A DNA stretch of 64,000 nucleotides. Source: Waterburya sp. (GTDB lineage Bacteria > Cyanobacteriota > Cyanobacteriia > Cyanobacteriales > Xenococcaceae). Below, piece after piece: positions 41,115-51,053 of the stretch. The position numbers and the translations under genes are program-made. The notes beneath the pieces are model-generated. The model worked only from the letters and a program-made list of their open reading frames with translations, did not search any database and had not been told where the DNA came from. Positions within the stretch are counted from its first letter, which is position 1. Each line of letters begins with the position of its first letter. The stretch is from NCBI GenBank assembly GCA_965217895.1, contig CBDCJV010000002.1, positions 736,001-800,000 on the forward strand, written 5' to 3'.

Positions 41115-43673
41115 GTGGAGTCACGATATAACGCAGCCGAAATAGAACAAAAATGGCAACAGCAATGGCAAGAATCGGCAATTTACAAAACCTCTGAGCA
41201 GAATGAGCAACCTAAATTTTATGCTCTTTCTATGTTTCCCTACCCTTCGGGAAACTTACACATGGGTCATGTCCGTAACTATGTAATTACTGACGTGATT
41301 GCTCGTTTTAAGAGAATGCAGGGTTATCGAGTGCTGCATCCTATGGGTTGGGATGCTTTTGGTTTACCCGCCGAAAATGCGGCTATTGATCGCAGTATTC
41401 CGCCTGCAAAATGGACATTGCAAAACATTGCTCAAATGCGCCAGCAGCTAAAGCAACTAGGGCTTTCTATTGACTGGGATCGAGAAGTTGCTACTTGTTC
41501 TCCTGACTATTATCGATGGACACAGTGGCTGTTTCTTCAGTTTCTTGATGCGGGATTGGCTTATCAAAAAGAGGCTGCTGTTAACTGGGATCCTATCGAT
41601 CAAACAGTACTTGCCAACGAACAGGTAGATAATGAAGGGCGTTCTTGGCGTTCTGGAGCAATAGTCGAGCGTAAACTACTTAAGCAATGGTTTTTTAAGA
41701 TCACGGACTATGCTGAAAAACTACTGCAAGATTTGGATCGGCTAGAAGGTTGGCCAGAAAGAGTCAAAACTATGCAGGCTAACTGGATTGGCAAATCTGT
41801 CGGAGCTTATTTAGAATTTTCTATTGTCGATCGCGACGACAAAATTGCTGTGTTTACCACTCGCCCAGATACAGTATACGGCGTTACCTATATCGTTCTT
41901 GCGCCCGAACATCCTCTAACTCCTAAAGTGACTACAGCAGAACAAAAAGAGGCAGTAGAGGCGTTCATCGAAGAGATTAAACAACAAAGCGAAATTGAAA
42001 GAACAGCAGAAGATAAACCCAAACGGGGGATTTTGACTGGAGGCAAAGCGATTAATCCCTTCAATGGTGAAGAAGTACCAATTTTGATTGCTGACTATGT
42101 TCTCTATGAATATGGTACGGGGGCAGTAATGGGTGTTCCCGCCCACGATGTCAGGGATTTTAAATTTGCGACAGAAAAAGGTTTGCCGATTAAAACCGTT
42201 GTTGTCCCCGAAAACGTAGGGGCGAATGGTTATTCGCCCTCCGACGCATATACCGATCCTGGAACAATTGTTAATTCAGGACAATTTGACGGGATACCCT
42301 CTCTTGAAGGGAAAACCAAAATTATTGAATATGCCGAACAAAAAGGCTATGGTAAGGCTCGTGTACAGTATCGCTTAAGAGATTGGTTGATTTCTCGCCA
42401 GAGATATTGGGGTTGTCCTATTCCTGTAATTCATTGTGATGATTGCGGTACTGTACCTGTACCAGATAAGGATCTTCCTGTTGAATTACCCGAATCTGTG
42501 GAATTATCTGGACGAGGAGGTTCGCCTTTAGCTCAATTAGATAGCTGGATTAATGTAGCTTGTCCTTGTTGTGGTCAACCTGCAAAACGGGAAACCGATA
42601 CGATGGATACTTTTATTGATTCTTCTTGGTATTTTCTCCGCTTCAGTGATGCTAATAATACTGATATGGCTTTTGCTAAAGATAAAGTCAATGATTGGCT
42701 TCCTGTGGATCAATACGTAGGCGGAATTGAACACGCAATTTTACATTTACTTTATTCTCGCTTCTTTACTAAAGTATTGCGAGATAGGGGTTTGCTTAAT
42801 TTTGATGAGCCATTTAAACGCTTGCTCACTCAGGGAATGGTGCAGGGATTAACTTACAAAAATCCTCAAACTAATAAGTACATTCCCTTGGTAAATATCG
42901 ATCGCCATAATCCTCAAGATCCAGAGACAGGAGATAAGCTAGAGGTTTTCTTTGAGAAGATGTCTAAATCTAAATACAATGGTGTAGCACCTGAAGATGT
43001 GATTGCCCAATACGGTGTAGATACAGCCAGAATGTTTGCTCTATTTAAAGCTCCACCAGAGAAAGATTTAGAATGGGATGAGGCTGATGTTGAAGGACAA
43101 TTTCGCTTTTTAAATCGGGTTTGGTCTTTGGTGACTAGCTATGATCCAAGTGGCGTTACTGAGATATCGGCAGAACTAACTAAAGCTGAAAAAGATTTAC
43201 GACGAGCGATTCACACTGCCATCAAAGAGATTTCTGAAGATTTAACTGGAGATTACCAGTTTAATACGGCGGTTTCGGAGTTGATGAAGTTGAGCAATGC
43301 TTTAAAAGATGCCAAGTGCAATACTTCTCTAGTTTATCAAGAGGGAATTGAAGCCTTAGTTCTTTTGCTTGCTCCTTTTGCACCTCATATTGCTGAGGAA
43401 TTATGGAGTCACTTAGGTAATATTGAATCTGTTCATAAACAACAATGGCGCGAGGTAGATTCTTCTGCTTTAGAGGTAGATGAAATCACCCTAGTAGTAC
43501 AGATTATGGGCAAAACTCGCGGTACAATTCAAGTGCCTGCTGGCTCTGATAAAGTAGCCTTAGAAAAATATGCCACAGAATCGGAGATTGCCCAGCGTTA
43601 TATAGAGGGAAAAGAAATTAAAAAAGTAATTGTCGTACCTAACAAGCTGGTTAATTTTGTAGTAGCAAAATAG
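41115..43673 (+). CDS. leuS: Leucine--tRNA ligase
   Basis: [31 protein letters not shown]. Confidence 0.97.
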   Translation: MESRYNAAEIEQKWQQQWQESAIYKTSEQNEQPKFYALSMFPYPSGNLHMGHVRNYVITDVIARFKRMQGYRVLHPMGWDAFGLPAENAAIDRSIPPAKWTLQNIAQMRQQLKQLGLSIDWDREVATCSPDYYRWTQWLFLQFLDAGLAYQKEAAVNWDPIDQTVLANEQVDNEGRSWRSGAIVERKLLKQWFFKITDYAEKLLQDLDRLEGWPERVKTMQANWIGKSVGAYLEFSIVDRDDKIAVFTTRPDTVYGVTYIVLAPEHPLTPKVTTAEQKEAVEAFIEEIKQQSEIERTAEDKPKRGILTGGKAINPFNGEEVPILIADYVLYEYGTGAVMGVPAHDVRDFKFATEKGLPIKTVVVPENVGANGYSPSDAYTDPGTIVNSGQFDGIPSLEGKTKIIEYAEQKGYGKARVQYRLRDWLISRQRYWGCPIPVIHCDDCGTVPVPDKDLPVELPESVELSGRGGSPLAQLDSWINVACPCCGQPAKRETDTMDTFIDSSWYFLRFSDANNTDMAFAKDKVNDWLPVDQYVGGIEHAILHLLYSRFFTKVLRDRGLLNFDEPFKRLLTQGMVQGLTYKNPQTNKYIPLVNIDRHNPQDPETGDKLEVFFEKMSKSKYNGVAPEDVIAQYGVDTARMFALFKAPPEKDLEWDEADVEGQFRFLNRVWSLVTSYDPSGVTEISAELTKAEKDLRRAIHTAIKEISEDLTGDYQFNTAVSELMKLSNALKDAKCNTSLVYQEGIEALVLLLAPFAPHIAEELWSHLGNIESVHKQQWREVDSSALEVDEITLVVQIMGKTRGTIQVPAGSDKVALEKYATESEIAQRYIEGKEIKKVIVVPNKLVNFVVAK

Positions 43674-43816
43674 TATCGACTATGGCGATACTGATAGCTA
43701 GACATTTCGATTTATAGAGTTATAGAGTTGTTGTATTTCGTAAGCTGCGTCGTATGATTTGTCCTCAAATGGAGGCTTGAGGTGACTGTCGAGGGCGGGG
43801 ATAGGGAGGTTTCCTC

Positions 43817-43858
43817 GTAACCATCGCTACAAAATCTTCTCAATGCCTCTGCTAGCCT
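43817..43858 (+). promoter_or_regulatory. Canonical NtcA-activated promoter
   Basis: GTAACCATCGCTAC (43817-43830), 22-nt spacer, TAGCCT (43853-43858). Confidence 0.85.
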
Positions 43859-43898
43859 TATGCGTATGGCAACTTTCCTTAAATTTAATGAGGCAAAA

Positions 43899-44672
43899 GT
43901 GATTTCAGCACATATATCGATAGTTGAAAGCAATCCTCACTTGCGATCGCTATTAGGTTGGCATTTACAACAATCAGGATACACTGTCAGCCAGTCGGCT
44001 AGTTTGCAACAGGGTCGAGATGCTTTTTACAAACATCATCCAACATTGGTCATTGTGGACTCTGATTTGCCTGATGGAGATGGGCTAGAACTATCCCACT
44101 GGCTATATGAACAGCAGACATCTCTGATTCTTTTGCTATCGGCTCGTGATACTGAACAAGATATTGTCAGAGGGTTAAAAACTGGTGCTGACGACTATCT
44201 AACTAAGCCCTTTGGGATGCAGGAATTTTTGGCAAGGGTCGAAGCTTTGGTAAGAAGAATGCGTACAACTACTGCTGTTCCTTTGTCGATGGAGTGTAAA
44301 GATCTAAAAATAGATTTGGCACAACGGCGGGTAGAGCTTCGAGGTAACTTTATTGAACTGACACCTCAAGAATTTAGTTTGCTCTATGTCTTAGCTCAAG
44401 CGGAAGGAAATCCTTTAAGCCGTTCAGAACTATTACAGCGTGCATGGCCTGAAGCTATTGATAACCCGCGCACGGTGGACACTCACGTGCTTTCTCTACG
44501 CAAAAAAATCGAGTTTAATCCTCGACAACCACATATTATTCAGACCGTCAGAAATGTAGGCTATCGTTTTAATCCTGAATTAATTGACAATGGCGTTAAT
44601 TCGTCTGAAACGGATACAGATATAACAGTGCTGCCTGCTTCTAACCTGACTCGTTTTCCTAGCAGCATTTAA
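43899..44672 (+). CDS. nrrA: OmpR-family nitrogen-regulated response regulator (start probably GTG 43899)
   Basis: IVESNPHLRSLLGWHLQQ and KPFGMQEFLARVEAL match NrrA; NtcA promoter upstream. Confidence 0.85.
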   Translation: MISAHISIVESNPHLRSLLGWHLQQSGYTVSQSASLQQGRDAFYKHHPTLVIVDSDLPDGDGLELSHWLYEQQTSLILLLSARDTEQDIVRGLKTGADDYLTKPFGMQEFLARVEALVRRMRTTTAVPLSMECKDLKIDLAQRRVELRGNFIELTPQEFSLLYVLAQAEGNPLSRSELLQRAWPEAIDNPRTVDTHVLSLRKKIEFNPRQPHIIQTVRNVGYRFNPELIDNGVNSSETDTDITVLPASNLTRFPSSI

Positions 44673-44701
44673 CTTTTTAAAACTAAATATTTTATTTTCT
44701 G

Positions 44702-44890
44702 CTAATTGGCACGAGAACGAGAACTTGATTGTGAGCTACTACTAGAGCTGCTGTTGGTCACGCTTACCGAAATATTCTGTTCGACCCTATTTTGATTGTC
44801 GGCAGAAGTTGCAGCACTGCTGGTTGCTTCGGCAACAGCTTTGCCGTCGGAGGAAACAATCTTTTGCTTAATAACTCTGTATTTAGTCAT
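44702..44890 (-). CDS. Ser-rich 62-aa peptide without a GG leader
   Basis: Co-oriented directly downstream of the glycosyltransferase; poly-Ser tail. Confidence 0.65.
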   Translation of the reverse strand: MTKYRVIKQKIVSSDGKAVAEATSSAATSADNQNRVEQNISVSVTNSSSSSSSQSSSRSRAN

Positions 44891-44946
44891 GGTTTAGTTT
44901 TGAATAACAACAATTGAGTGATGGATATAAACTTGAATTTTTTTAT

Positions 44947-47900
44947 TTAAGCAGTTTCTTGACTAATCGCCCTGTCTCGATAATTAAGTAGACTACGAGC
45001 TATATTAACTAGAATACTTGCTTCTGGATCGGACTCAACATTCAACAAAGCTAGCTTGTGTAACAGAGTGTTAGTCTGTTGTAACCAGAGTGATAGCTGA
45101 GAAATAGCTTCGGGTGAATTATCTATTTTAAGAGCTTCTTTAATTAAACATAAAGCCCCTGCAAAATTGCCAATTTTAAGAGGAATATTAGCGCGATTTA
45201 AACACCAGTCAAAGTGAAAAGCGCGAGATCTGGCTGTTATTTCTGCTCGATGCTCAGGAGGTAGATAGCTTGCAGAAATTTCAATGGCGCGACGATGAGC
45301 CACTCCCGAAGATCCATTCATATTTTCAGCTACAGTGATGCTGTTGGCTTGTTCTCGATAGTGAGCTAAGATTCCAGGCTCATACCACCAGTCATAAAAA
45401 GTTGCTACCCGCTTATAAAATTCCCAATCGCAAGTATAGAGTAAATCTAGCTTATAGCCTCCCAGCTTTTCATAAGCAGTCCGCCGAATAACTAACGAGG
45501 GTGGACTAAGGGTGCAAGAAACTCCAATGCGTAAGATCCAGTCGGCAACAATACCACGATGATTTCCTAAGTCATGTTGCTGAGAGAAGACAACTTGACG
45601 GGACTCATTGATGTTTTCATAACCAGTAAAAGCTGCGCCAACTGATTCTGGACTAGTTACCAAACTTGCTTTAAGTCGAGCGTAAAACCCTGGCAGAACA
45701 TAATCGTCATGATGCAGCAAATGAATCCACTGACCCCGACAGAGGGATACTGCCGTATTCCAATTTTCTGGTAATGATACTGTTTTGGGAAATCGATAGT
45801 AACGAATAATTCCCTTACCTAAATAGTCGGGAATCTGCCATTGAGGTGGGTTGCTGCCGTTATCGAGAACGATAATTTCCATTTCCTCCGTCCACTGAGC
45901 AAGAACACTAGCAAGACATTCTGGGAAATATTCGGGGCGGTTGACAACAGGAATTACAACGCTCCAGAACGGTCTTTTGGCTTCGGGTTTAGGTACAGGA
46001 GAAATTGCTGGAAACTGATAGTCGCCAATAGTCACCTCGCCTTGAGGAATTTCAGGGACACTAAAGCTATCAACAAATGTGGCGACTTCTGCTGAGGATT
46101 CTATAGCTTGAGCATAGTCAGAATTAATTAGCTTTAATCCGAGTTTAAAGTTTAACTTAGCTTGGCTCAAGTCTCCTAGATCTTGATAGATCTGACCCAG
46201 GTTATAGTAGGCAGATCCGCAATCAGGGTCTAACTGTAAAACTCTTTGATAGCAAGCAAGTGACTTAGTTAACTTTCTCTGTTGTTGCAGCACTAGACCT
46301 AGATGATAGTGGGCATCTACCAGTTCGGGCTGCATTAAAATTGCCTGACGGTAATAAGTGGCAGCAGTTTCCCAGTCTTGGACTTGGTGGCGACTTAAGC
46401 CTAATTTGTAGTTCAGCTTGGCATAATTGATCTGTTTTTGAGCAGATAGCTTACCTTGAGCATAAAGTGCATTACCCCAGTTAACATCGGCTGCGATACA
46501 TTCTGGCTCAATCTCTAAAGCTTGCTGATAACAGGCTGCTGCTGCCGACCAGTTGCCCTGCTGTTGCAGTACATAACCTAAATTGTTGCATATAGGTGCA
46601 GAATCTGGTCGCAGTTTCAAAGCCTGTCGATAAGCCAGTTCTGCTGATTGATATTGACCTTGACTTTGATGCAAATTACCTAAACCAAACCAAGCCTGGA
46701 GAAATTTGGGCTGTACTTTTACCGCAGCACTGAGATATTTTTCTGCTGCTTCTGGGCGATCGCTTTTTGCCAATATGCCCAGTCTATATAAGGCTTCAGG
46801 ATGTTGAGGTTGAGCTGTTATAACTTGCAGATATTCCTGTCGTGCTGCTTCTAAACGATTTGCTCGTTGATGCTGTACACCTAATTGAAAAGCCTGGGCG
46901 ACTTTAGCATCATCAAATCTTCTTGGTTTGTCAACTATCTGAAACAGAAAATCTTCTAACGCTCTGATTGGCATTAAATCTCCATAGAGCTTATGTTTGT
47001 TGAGGGCAATTCGTTGAGCAATATGCCGACGATAACCAGCATCCTGAGCCAAACGCACCGCAATCTGGATATATTCATCTTTGCTTTGAGCGATGGTTTC
47101 TTCTACACCGATCATTTTGAGGAATGCTAGAGTATGTCGCCCCCGCATTTGCTGAGCAGCAAGAGTGACTATCGGTAAATTATGAGTCATACATTCTAGG
47201 GTCGTATTGCAGCCAGACCAACCAATGTTATCTAAAAATATATCGGCGATCGCGCCTACGCCCACAAAGCTTTCTGCATATAAACGGGGCAAGAATATGC
47301 AGTAGTCTCGATCATCTAAATCAAACTGTTCAAAAGCATCTGCCAATCGCTGACGGAATATACTGGTGGCAAATTCGCTTTCGAGCTTGATAAAGACAAA
47401 TTTGGCATGACCTAATTTTTGGGCAAGACGCGGAAAAACATCATCATGCTGCGGTAAATATTTAAACAAAGATTGACAGCACCAAAACATGATTTCGTTG
47501 TTTTGTACACCAAGATCTTCTTTCCTAACTGCTTCAGGTCGAATTGATATAGGCTGATAACAGATACCCAGGTTGGGCAATCTAATTAACTTTTCGGTGT
47601 AGTGTGACTGAGCAGCTTCTGGCTCCATTAGATCGCTGCTGAGGTAATAATCAATTGTGGGCATTCCACTGGTGTTTGGATGCCCCCAAGAGGTGATTTG
47701 AATAGGAGCTAGTCTTAAGCAACCTAATTGAACCGTCAGGGAGTTCATGCCAAATTCAGGAAAAATCAGCACCTGTAAATTGTCTGAGGCGATTTTCTCT
47801 GCCCATCGATCTACGCAGAAATGATGGTGTTCAAATCGATCGAAGGCTTTAGCCGCGATCGCCGTTTCGCGATCGCTAATGTTGCCCGTATAGTAACCAA

Positions 47901-48465
47901 ATAACTCAAATTCACTACGGTCTATATTTTCAATCCAGCCTTTTAAGGGAATTTTCCAGACTGAATGGTGATGAAAAAAACCAGAAACAAAACCGATGCG
48001 AATTTTTTGCTCCGCAGGCAATTTCGACGGTGGCAGTGCTTGACACCATTGAGGATAGCGACTTGCCATCAAGCGACAAATCATTTCTCCGTAAGTCCGC
48101 TGTAGGTCTTTGTCGTTCAGCCCCTGATAAGGCAATAAAAAAGGCTGAGCTGAACCTGCTGCCTCTCCTGCCTTGGCTCGCTCTTGTTCGCTGGCTGCTT
48201 GGTAACTATCAGCTAAGTCGGCTAAACAGCGTTGATAATTATTGCGTCTTAAGTTGATTTCTTCTCGATTAGCATAGATTGTGGGCAGTTGAGCCATGGT
48301 TATGCCAAATTTAGCTAGATGATAGTTCGGCTTTAGAGCGATCGCTTTCTGATAAGTGGCGATCGCATCAACCATCTTGCCCTGCTGGGTCAATAAATTT
48401 CCTAAATCGTTATATGTTTCTGCTGATTTAGGTTCAGTGTTTGAAGGTTCTTGAAAAGTTGTCAT
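44947..48465 (-). CDS. TPR - GT41 (O-GlcNAc transferase/SPINDLY-like) - TPR - GT2 fusion protein
   Basis: GT41 motifs RIGFVSGFFHHHSV, RLAPIQITSWGHPNTSG, DIFLD; multiple TPRs; GT2 motifs SVVIPVVNR and LLHHDD; start moved to ATG 48465. Confidence 0.85.
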   Translation of the reverse strand: MTTFQEPSNTEPKSAETYNDLGNLLTQQGKMVDAIATYQKAIALKPNYHLAKFGITMAQLPTIYANREEINLRRNNYQRCLADLADSYQAASEQERAKAGEAAGSAQPFLLPYQGLNDKDLQRTYGEMICRLMASRYPQWCQALPPSKLPAEQKIRIGFVSGFFHHHSVWKIPLKGWIENIDRSEFELFGYYTGNISDRETAIAAKAFDRFEHHHFCVDRWAEKIASDNLQVLIFPEFGMNSLTVQLGCLRLAPIQITSWGHPNTSGMPTIDYYLSSDLMEPEAAQSHYTEKLIRLPNLGICYQPISIRPEAVRKEDLGVQNNEIMFWCCQSLFKYLPQHDDVFPRLAQKLGHAKFVFIKLESEFATSIFRQRLADAFEQFDLDDRDYCIFLPRLYAESFVGVGAIADIFLDNIGWSGCNTTLECMTHNLPIVTLAAQQMRGRHTLAFLKMIGVEETIAQSKDEYIQIAVRLAQDAGYRRHIAQRIALNKHKLYGDLMPIRALEDFLFQIVDKPRRFDDAKVAQAFQLGVQHQRANRLEAARQEYLQVITAQPQHPEALYRLGILAKSDRPEAAEKYLSAAVKVQPKFLQAWFGLGNLHQSQGQYQSAELAYRQALKLRPDSAPICNNLGYVLQQQGNWSAAAACYQQALEIEPECIAADVNWGNALYAQGKLSAQKQINYAKLNYKLGLSRHQVQDWETAATYYRQAILMQPELVDAHYHLGLVLQQQRKLTKSLACYQRVLQLDPDCGSAYYNLGQIYQDLGDLSQAKLNFKLGLKLINSDYAQAIESSAEVATFVDSFSVPEIPQGEVTIGDYQFPAISPVPKPEAKRPFWSVVIPVVNRPEYFPECLASVLAQWTEEMEIIVLDNGSNPPQWQIPDYLGKGIIRYYRFPKTVSLPENWNTAVSLCRGQWIHLLHHDDYVLPGFYARLKASLVTSPESVGAAFTGYENINESRQVVFSQQHDLGNHRGIVADWILRIGVSCTLSPPSLVIRRTAYEKLGGYKLDLLYTCDWEFYKRVATFYDWWYEPGILAHYREQANSITVAENMNGSSGVAHRRAIEISASYLPPEHRAEITARSRAFHFDWCLNRANIPLKIGNFAGALCLIKEALKIDNSPEAISQLSLWLQQTNTLLHKLALLNVESDPEASILVNIARSLLNYRDRAISQETA

Positions 48466-48866
48466 GACCCGTTTTAGATTAGGTATAAAAATGCTTGAAA
48501 ACAAATTTATTGCAACTTAAAAACAAAAATATTACGACTGAATAATGTTTTATACTTATTGAATGTTAGTCATTCCGTAGCTAAACCGAGGGATAACTTG
48601 ATTAAAATAGATTATTTTAAATTGCGCTTTTAACGGTTTTAATAATCTCAAACTGCAAAATTCTACTTGATATTTTCAATCAAATATCAGGAAATTAGGG
48701 CAATTGCCAAAAGTCCCTTAATGGAGCAGTTTTCAAGATCTAAAACTCATATAACTGTTATTAGGTGAATAGGGGGAATTTTTGAGCAAGCCCTAAATAA
48801 ACTCTCTTAAATCTACTGTTCCCATGAACATCGATCGACAATCAACAGTGCTACCGCTTAGACCGC

Positions 48867-49187
48867 TTAGACTATAGAAATACTGGTACTTTGATCTGTA
48901 GCCACGGTGCTATAGCGATCTAGACCGTATACTGTTCCATATCCTACGCCATAACCCGCAGTATAGCCAAAACCAGGATAGCCTTGATTAATCAAGTTAA
49001 CTCCAGTTGTGGCTATAGCTTGGCTGTAATCGCCCGATCCTACTGCTGATGCAGAAGCATAAACTGCGCCATCCGTTGCACTAGTACTTGTTGTCGCCGA
49101 AGCTGATGCACCTCCTCTAATAGCAAAATCGCTTTTTCGCTCCTCTTCCTTAAAAGAGTTAATGAATTCTAAATCATGAATAAACAT
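48867..49187 (-). CDS. Double-glycine-leader precursor peptide 1
   Basis: Leader MFIHDLEFINSFKEEERKSDFAIRGG, then an 80-aa Ser/Thr/Ala/Gly/Tyr-rich core. Confidence 0.8.
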   Translation of the reverse strand: MFIHDLEFINSFKEEERKSDFAIRGGASASATTSTSATDGAVYASASAVGSGDYSQAIATTGVNLINQGYPGFGYTAGYGVGYGTVYGLDRYSTVATDQSTSISIV

Positions 49188-49255
49188 AGCTAAATAGCCT
49201 CAAGAAAACTTTAAAATTAGTTTGAAATTGAAAGGAATCTAACAATTAACAAATA

Positions 49256-49362
49256 GGTATTGCTGAAGGTTACGAACATCCCTCAATATGATTTCACACA
49301 TCAAAGTAAGTTCAATATTTAGACATGACCAACGACCAGTCTAATTCTCCTTCAACAACACC
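49256..49362. mobile_element. Possible degenerate MITE
   Basis: GGTATTGCTGAAGG versus reverse complement GGTGTTGTTGAAGG (2 mismatches). Confidence 0.4.
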
Positions 49363-49585
49363 AAAAATTAATATTTTGCTAATTTATTAGACTTAATAGC
49401 TAACAACAACATCTTGATTACAAAACATATTGTTATTATTTGTTTTGCTCTGAGACTTACGTTGATATTTTAATAGCAAAGGAAATAATTGATCGAACTA
49501 TGATAAACTATGTCAATATTTCAAGTCAAAACTATTATAAAATTATCACCGTTTCTTCGTGTTGCTAGCCTAGCCTACTATACTT

Positions 49586-49816
49586 TTAGTAGTAGTAACC
49601 GTAATTTGAAGCACTAGCACTAGAGCTAGAACCAGCAATACTAACACCAGCATTGGCATCTGCTACAGTATAGGTATTGGTGTAAGCACTAGTGTATTGT
49701 CCATAAGCTTGTGATTGACCATTAGCATAAGCATTTGCTGAAGTACCATAGTAGTAACCACCTTGTACTTCTGAAGTGTCAACTGATTCGATGTACTGTA
49801 AGTCAGAAATAATCAT
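49586..49816 (-). CDS. Double-glycine-leader precursor peptide 2 (start moved to ATG 49816)
   Basis: GAGG RBS; leader MIISDLQYIESVDTSEVQGG; 56-aa core YYYG...GYYY. Confidence 0.82.
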   Translation of the reverse strand: MIISDLQYIESVDTSEVQGGYYYGTSANAYANGQSQAYGQYTSAYTNTYTVADANAGVSIAGSSSSASASNYGYYY

Positions 49817-50085
49817 CTTTTTTTCCTCGTGTTTGTTCAATATGTTTGAATAATTGTTTATGGAAACTATGTTTCGTTTCCATGTATCTAACATAACTTG
49901 TTCAAAATTTGATATGTTGCCAAATTGGCATTTATATTTGGTTAAAACCAATAATCATATTTATATAGAGCATTAAATCTTAAAAATAGTAGAAAATGTG
50001 GGCTGTATAACTAATTGCTCAGTCAAAAAAATCTACTATCAAGCATAAGCCAATTATTTTAGACAAGTATCTCAGCCAAGGAACA

Positions 50086-50826
50086 ATGGTCAAATTTGAA
50101 AGTTTAGAAATTGCCACAGCCGAAATTGAGGAACATCTCAAACAAGAGTTAAAGCTCAAGCAAATTTGTTGTGAAATTTTGCACCAAAAGATTGTAGCAG
50201 AAGCTGCCTCCTCCAAAAATATTGTCGTCACCGAGCAAGAAATTGAGGCTGAAGCCAATCAAATTCGCTCTTTGCTGCGACTGGAAAAGGCATCTGACAC
50301 CCTGGCTTGGCTAAAGGACAATCTGCTCAATCCAGATGGTTGGGAAATAGCAATTAACAATCATCTTCTAGCGAATAAACTAGCCAAAAATCTGTTTGAT
50401 TCCCAGGTAGAAGCTCATTTTGCCCAAAATCGCCTAAATTTTGATCGCTTTGTACTTTACCAGCTTATAGTTCCTTATGAAAAGCTGGCTCAAGAACTTT
50501 TTTATCAAATAGAGGAAGAAGAAATAAGCTTTTATCAAGCAGCTCATCTTTATGATGTTGATGAGCAACGTCGATACGTATGTGGTTATGAGGGAAAAGT
50601 ACATCGCTGGAATTATCCACCAGACATCGCTGCTGCTATATTTACAACTCCAATTGCCATCGGCGAAATAATTGGACCTATTAAATCAGAACAAGGCTAT
50701 CATTTGTTCAAAATTGAAGACTATATTCCCGCCCAACTAACGCCTAGAATACGCCAGGAGATTATCGACCGGCTCTTTAGCCAATGGCTAGACAGTGAAT
50801 TGAACTATATGATTCATCGAAATTAA
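50086..50826 (+). CDS. PpiC/parvulin-type peptidylprolyl isomerase-like protein
   Basis: LAQELFYQIEEEEISFYQAAHLY, GEIIGPIKSEQGYHLF; usual companion of cyanobacterial peptidase-transporter loci. Confidence 0.8.
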   Translation: MVKFESLEIATAEIEEHLKQELKLKQICCEILHQKIVAEAASSKNIVVTEQEIEAEANQIRSLLRLEKASDTLAWLKDNLLNPDGWEIAINNHLLANKLAKNLFDSQVEAHFAQNRLNFDRFVLYQLIVPYEKLAQELFYQIEEEEISFYQAAHLYDVDEQRRYVCGYEGKVHRWNYPPDIAAAIFTTPIAIGEIIGPIKSEQGYHLFKIEDYIPAQLTPRIRQEIIDRLFSQWLDSELNYMIHRN

Positions 50827-50862
50827 GTATCATCCCAGTAAATATCGCAGTAAATGATTAGC

Positions 50863-50967
50863 TAGGGGCGAATGGTGAGGCAGTTGCGGTGGGTCGAGAC
50901 CCCGCGTCGCCGTCAGGCGCAAGGGAATGCTTTCCGATGTCGAACCCGAAGGGCTGTTTGCCCATAC
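50863..50967. repeat. GC-rich composite REP-like element
   Basis: Begins TAGGGGCGAATGGT like the other REP copies and ends TTTGCCCATAC, with nested GC-rich inserts. Confidence 0.5.
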
Positions 50968-51053
50968 AGTACTAAGTGTCATAAAAAAGAGTGCGTATTA
51001 CTTCTGCTATATAAATTTGTTGTTAGAGGTAAAACTTAAAATTTCAGGCTGAA

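Noticed and set aside
48867..49816. Classification as glycocin, lanthipeptide or cyanobactin precursors
   Set aside because: The cores have no Cys, and the cluster has no LanM, YcaO, PatA/G protease or radical SAM maturase.
49817..49951. Longer 121-aa version of precursor 2
   Set aside because: An RBS and the leader homology both point to ATG 49816.
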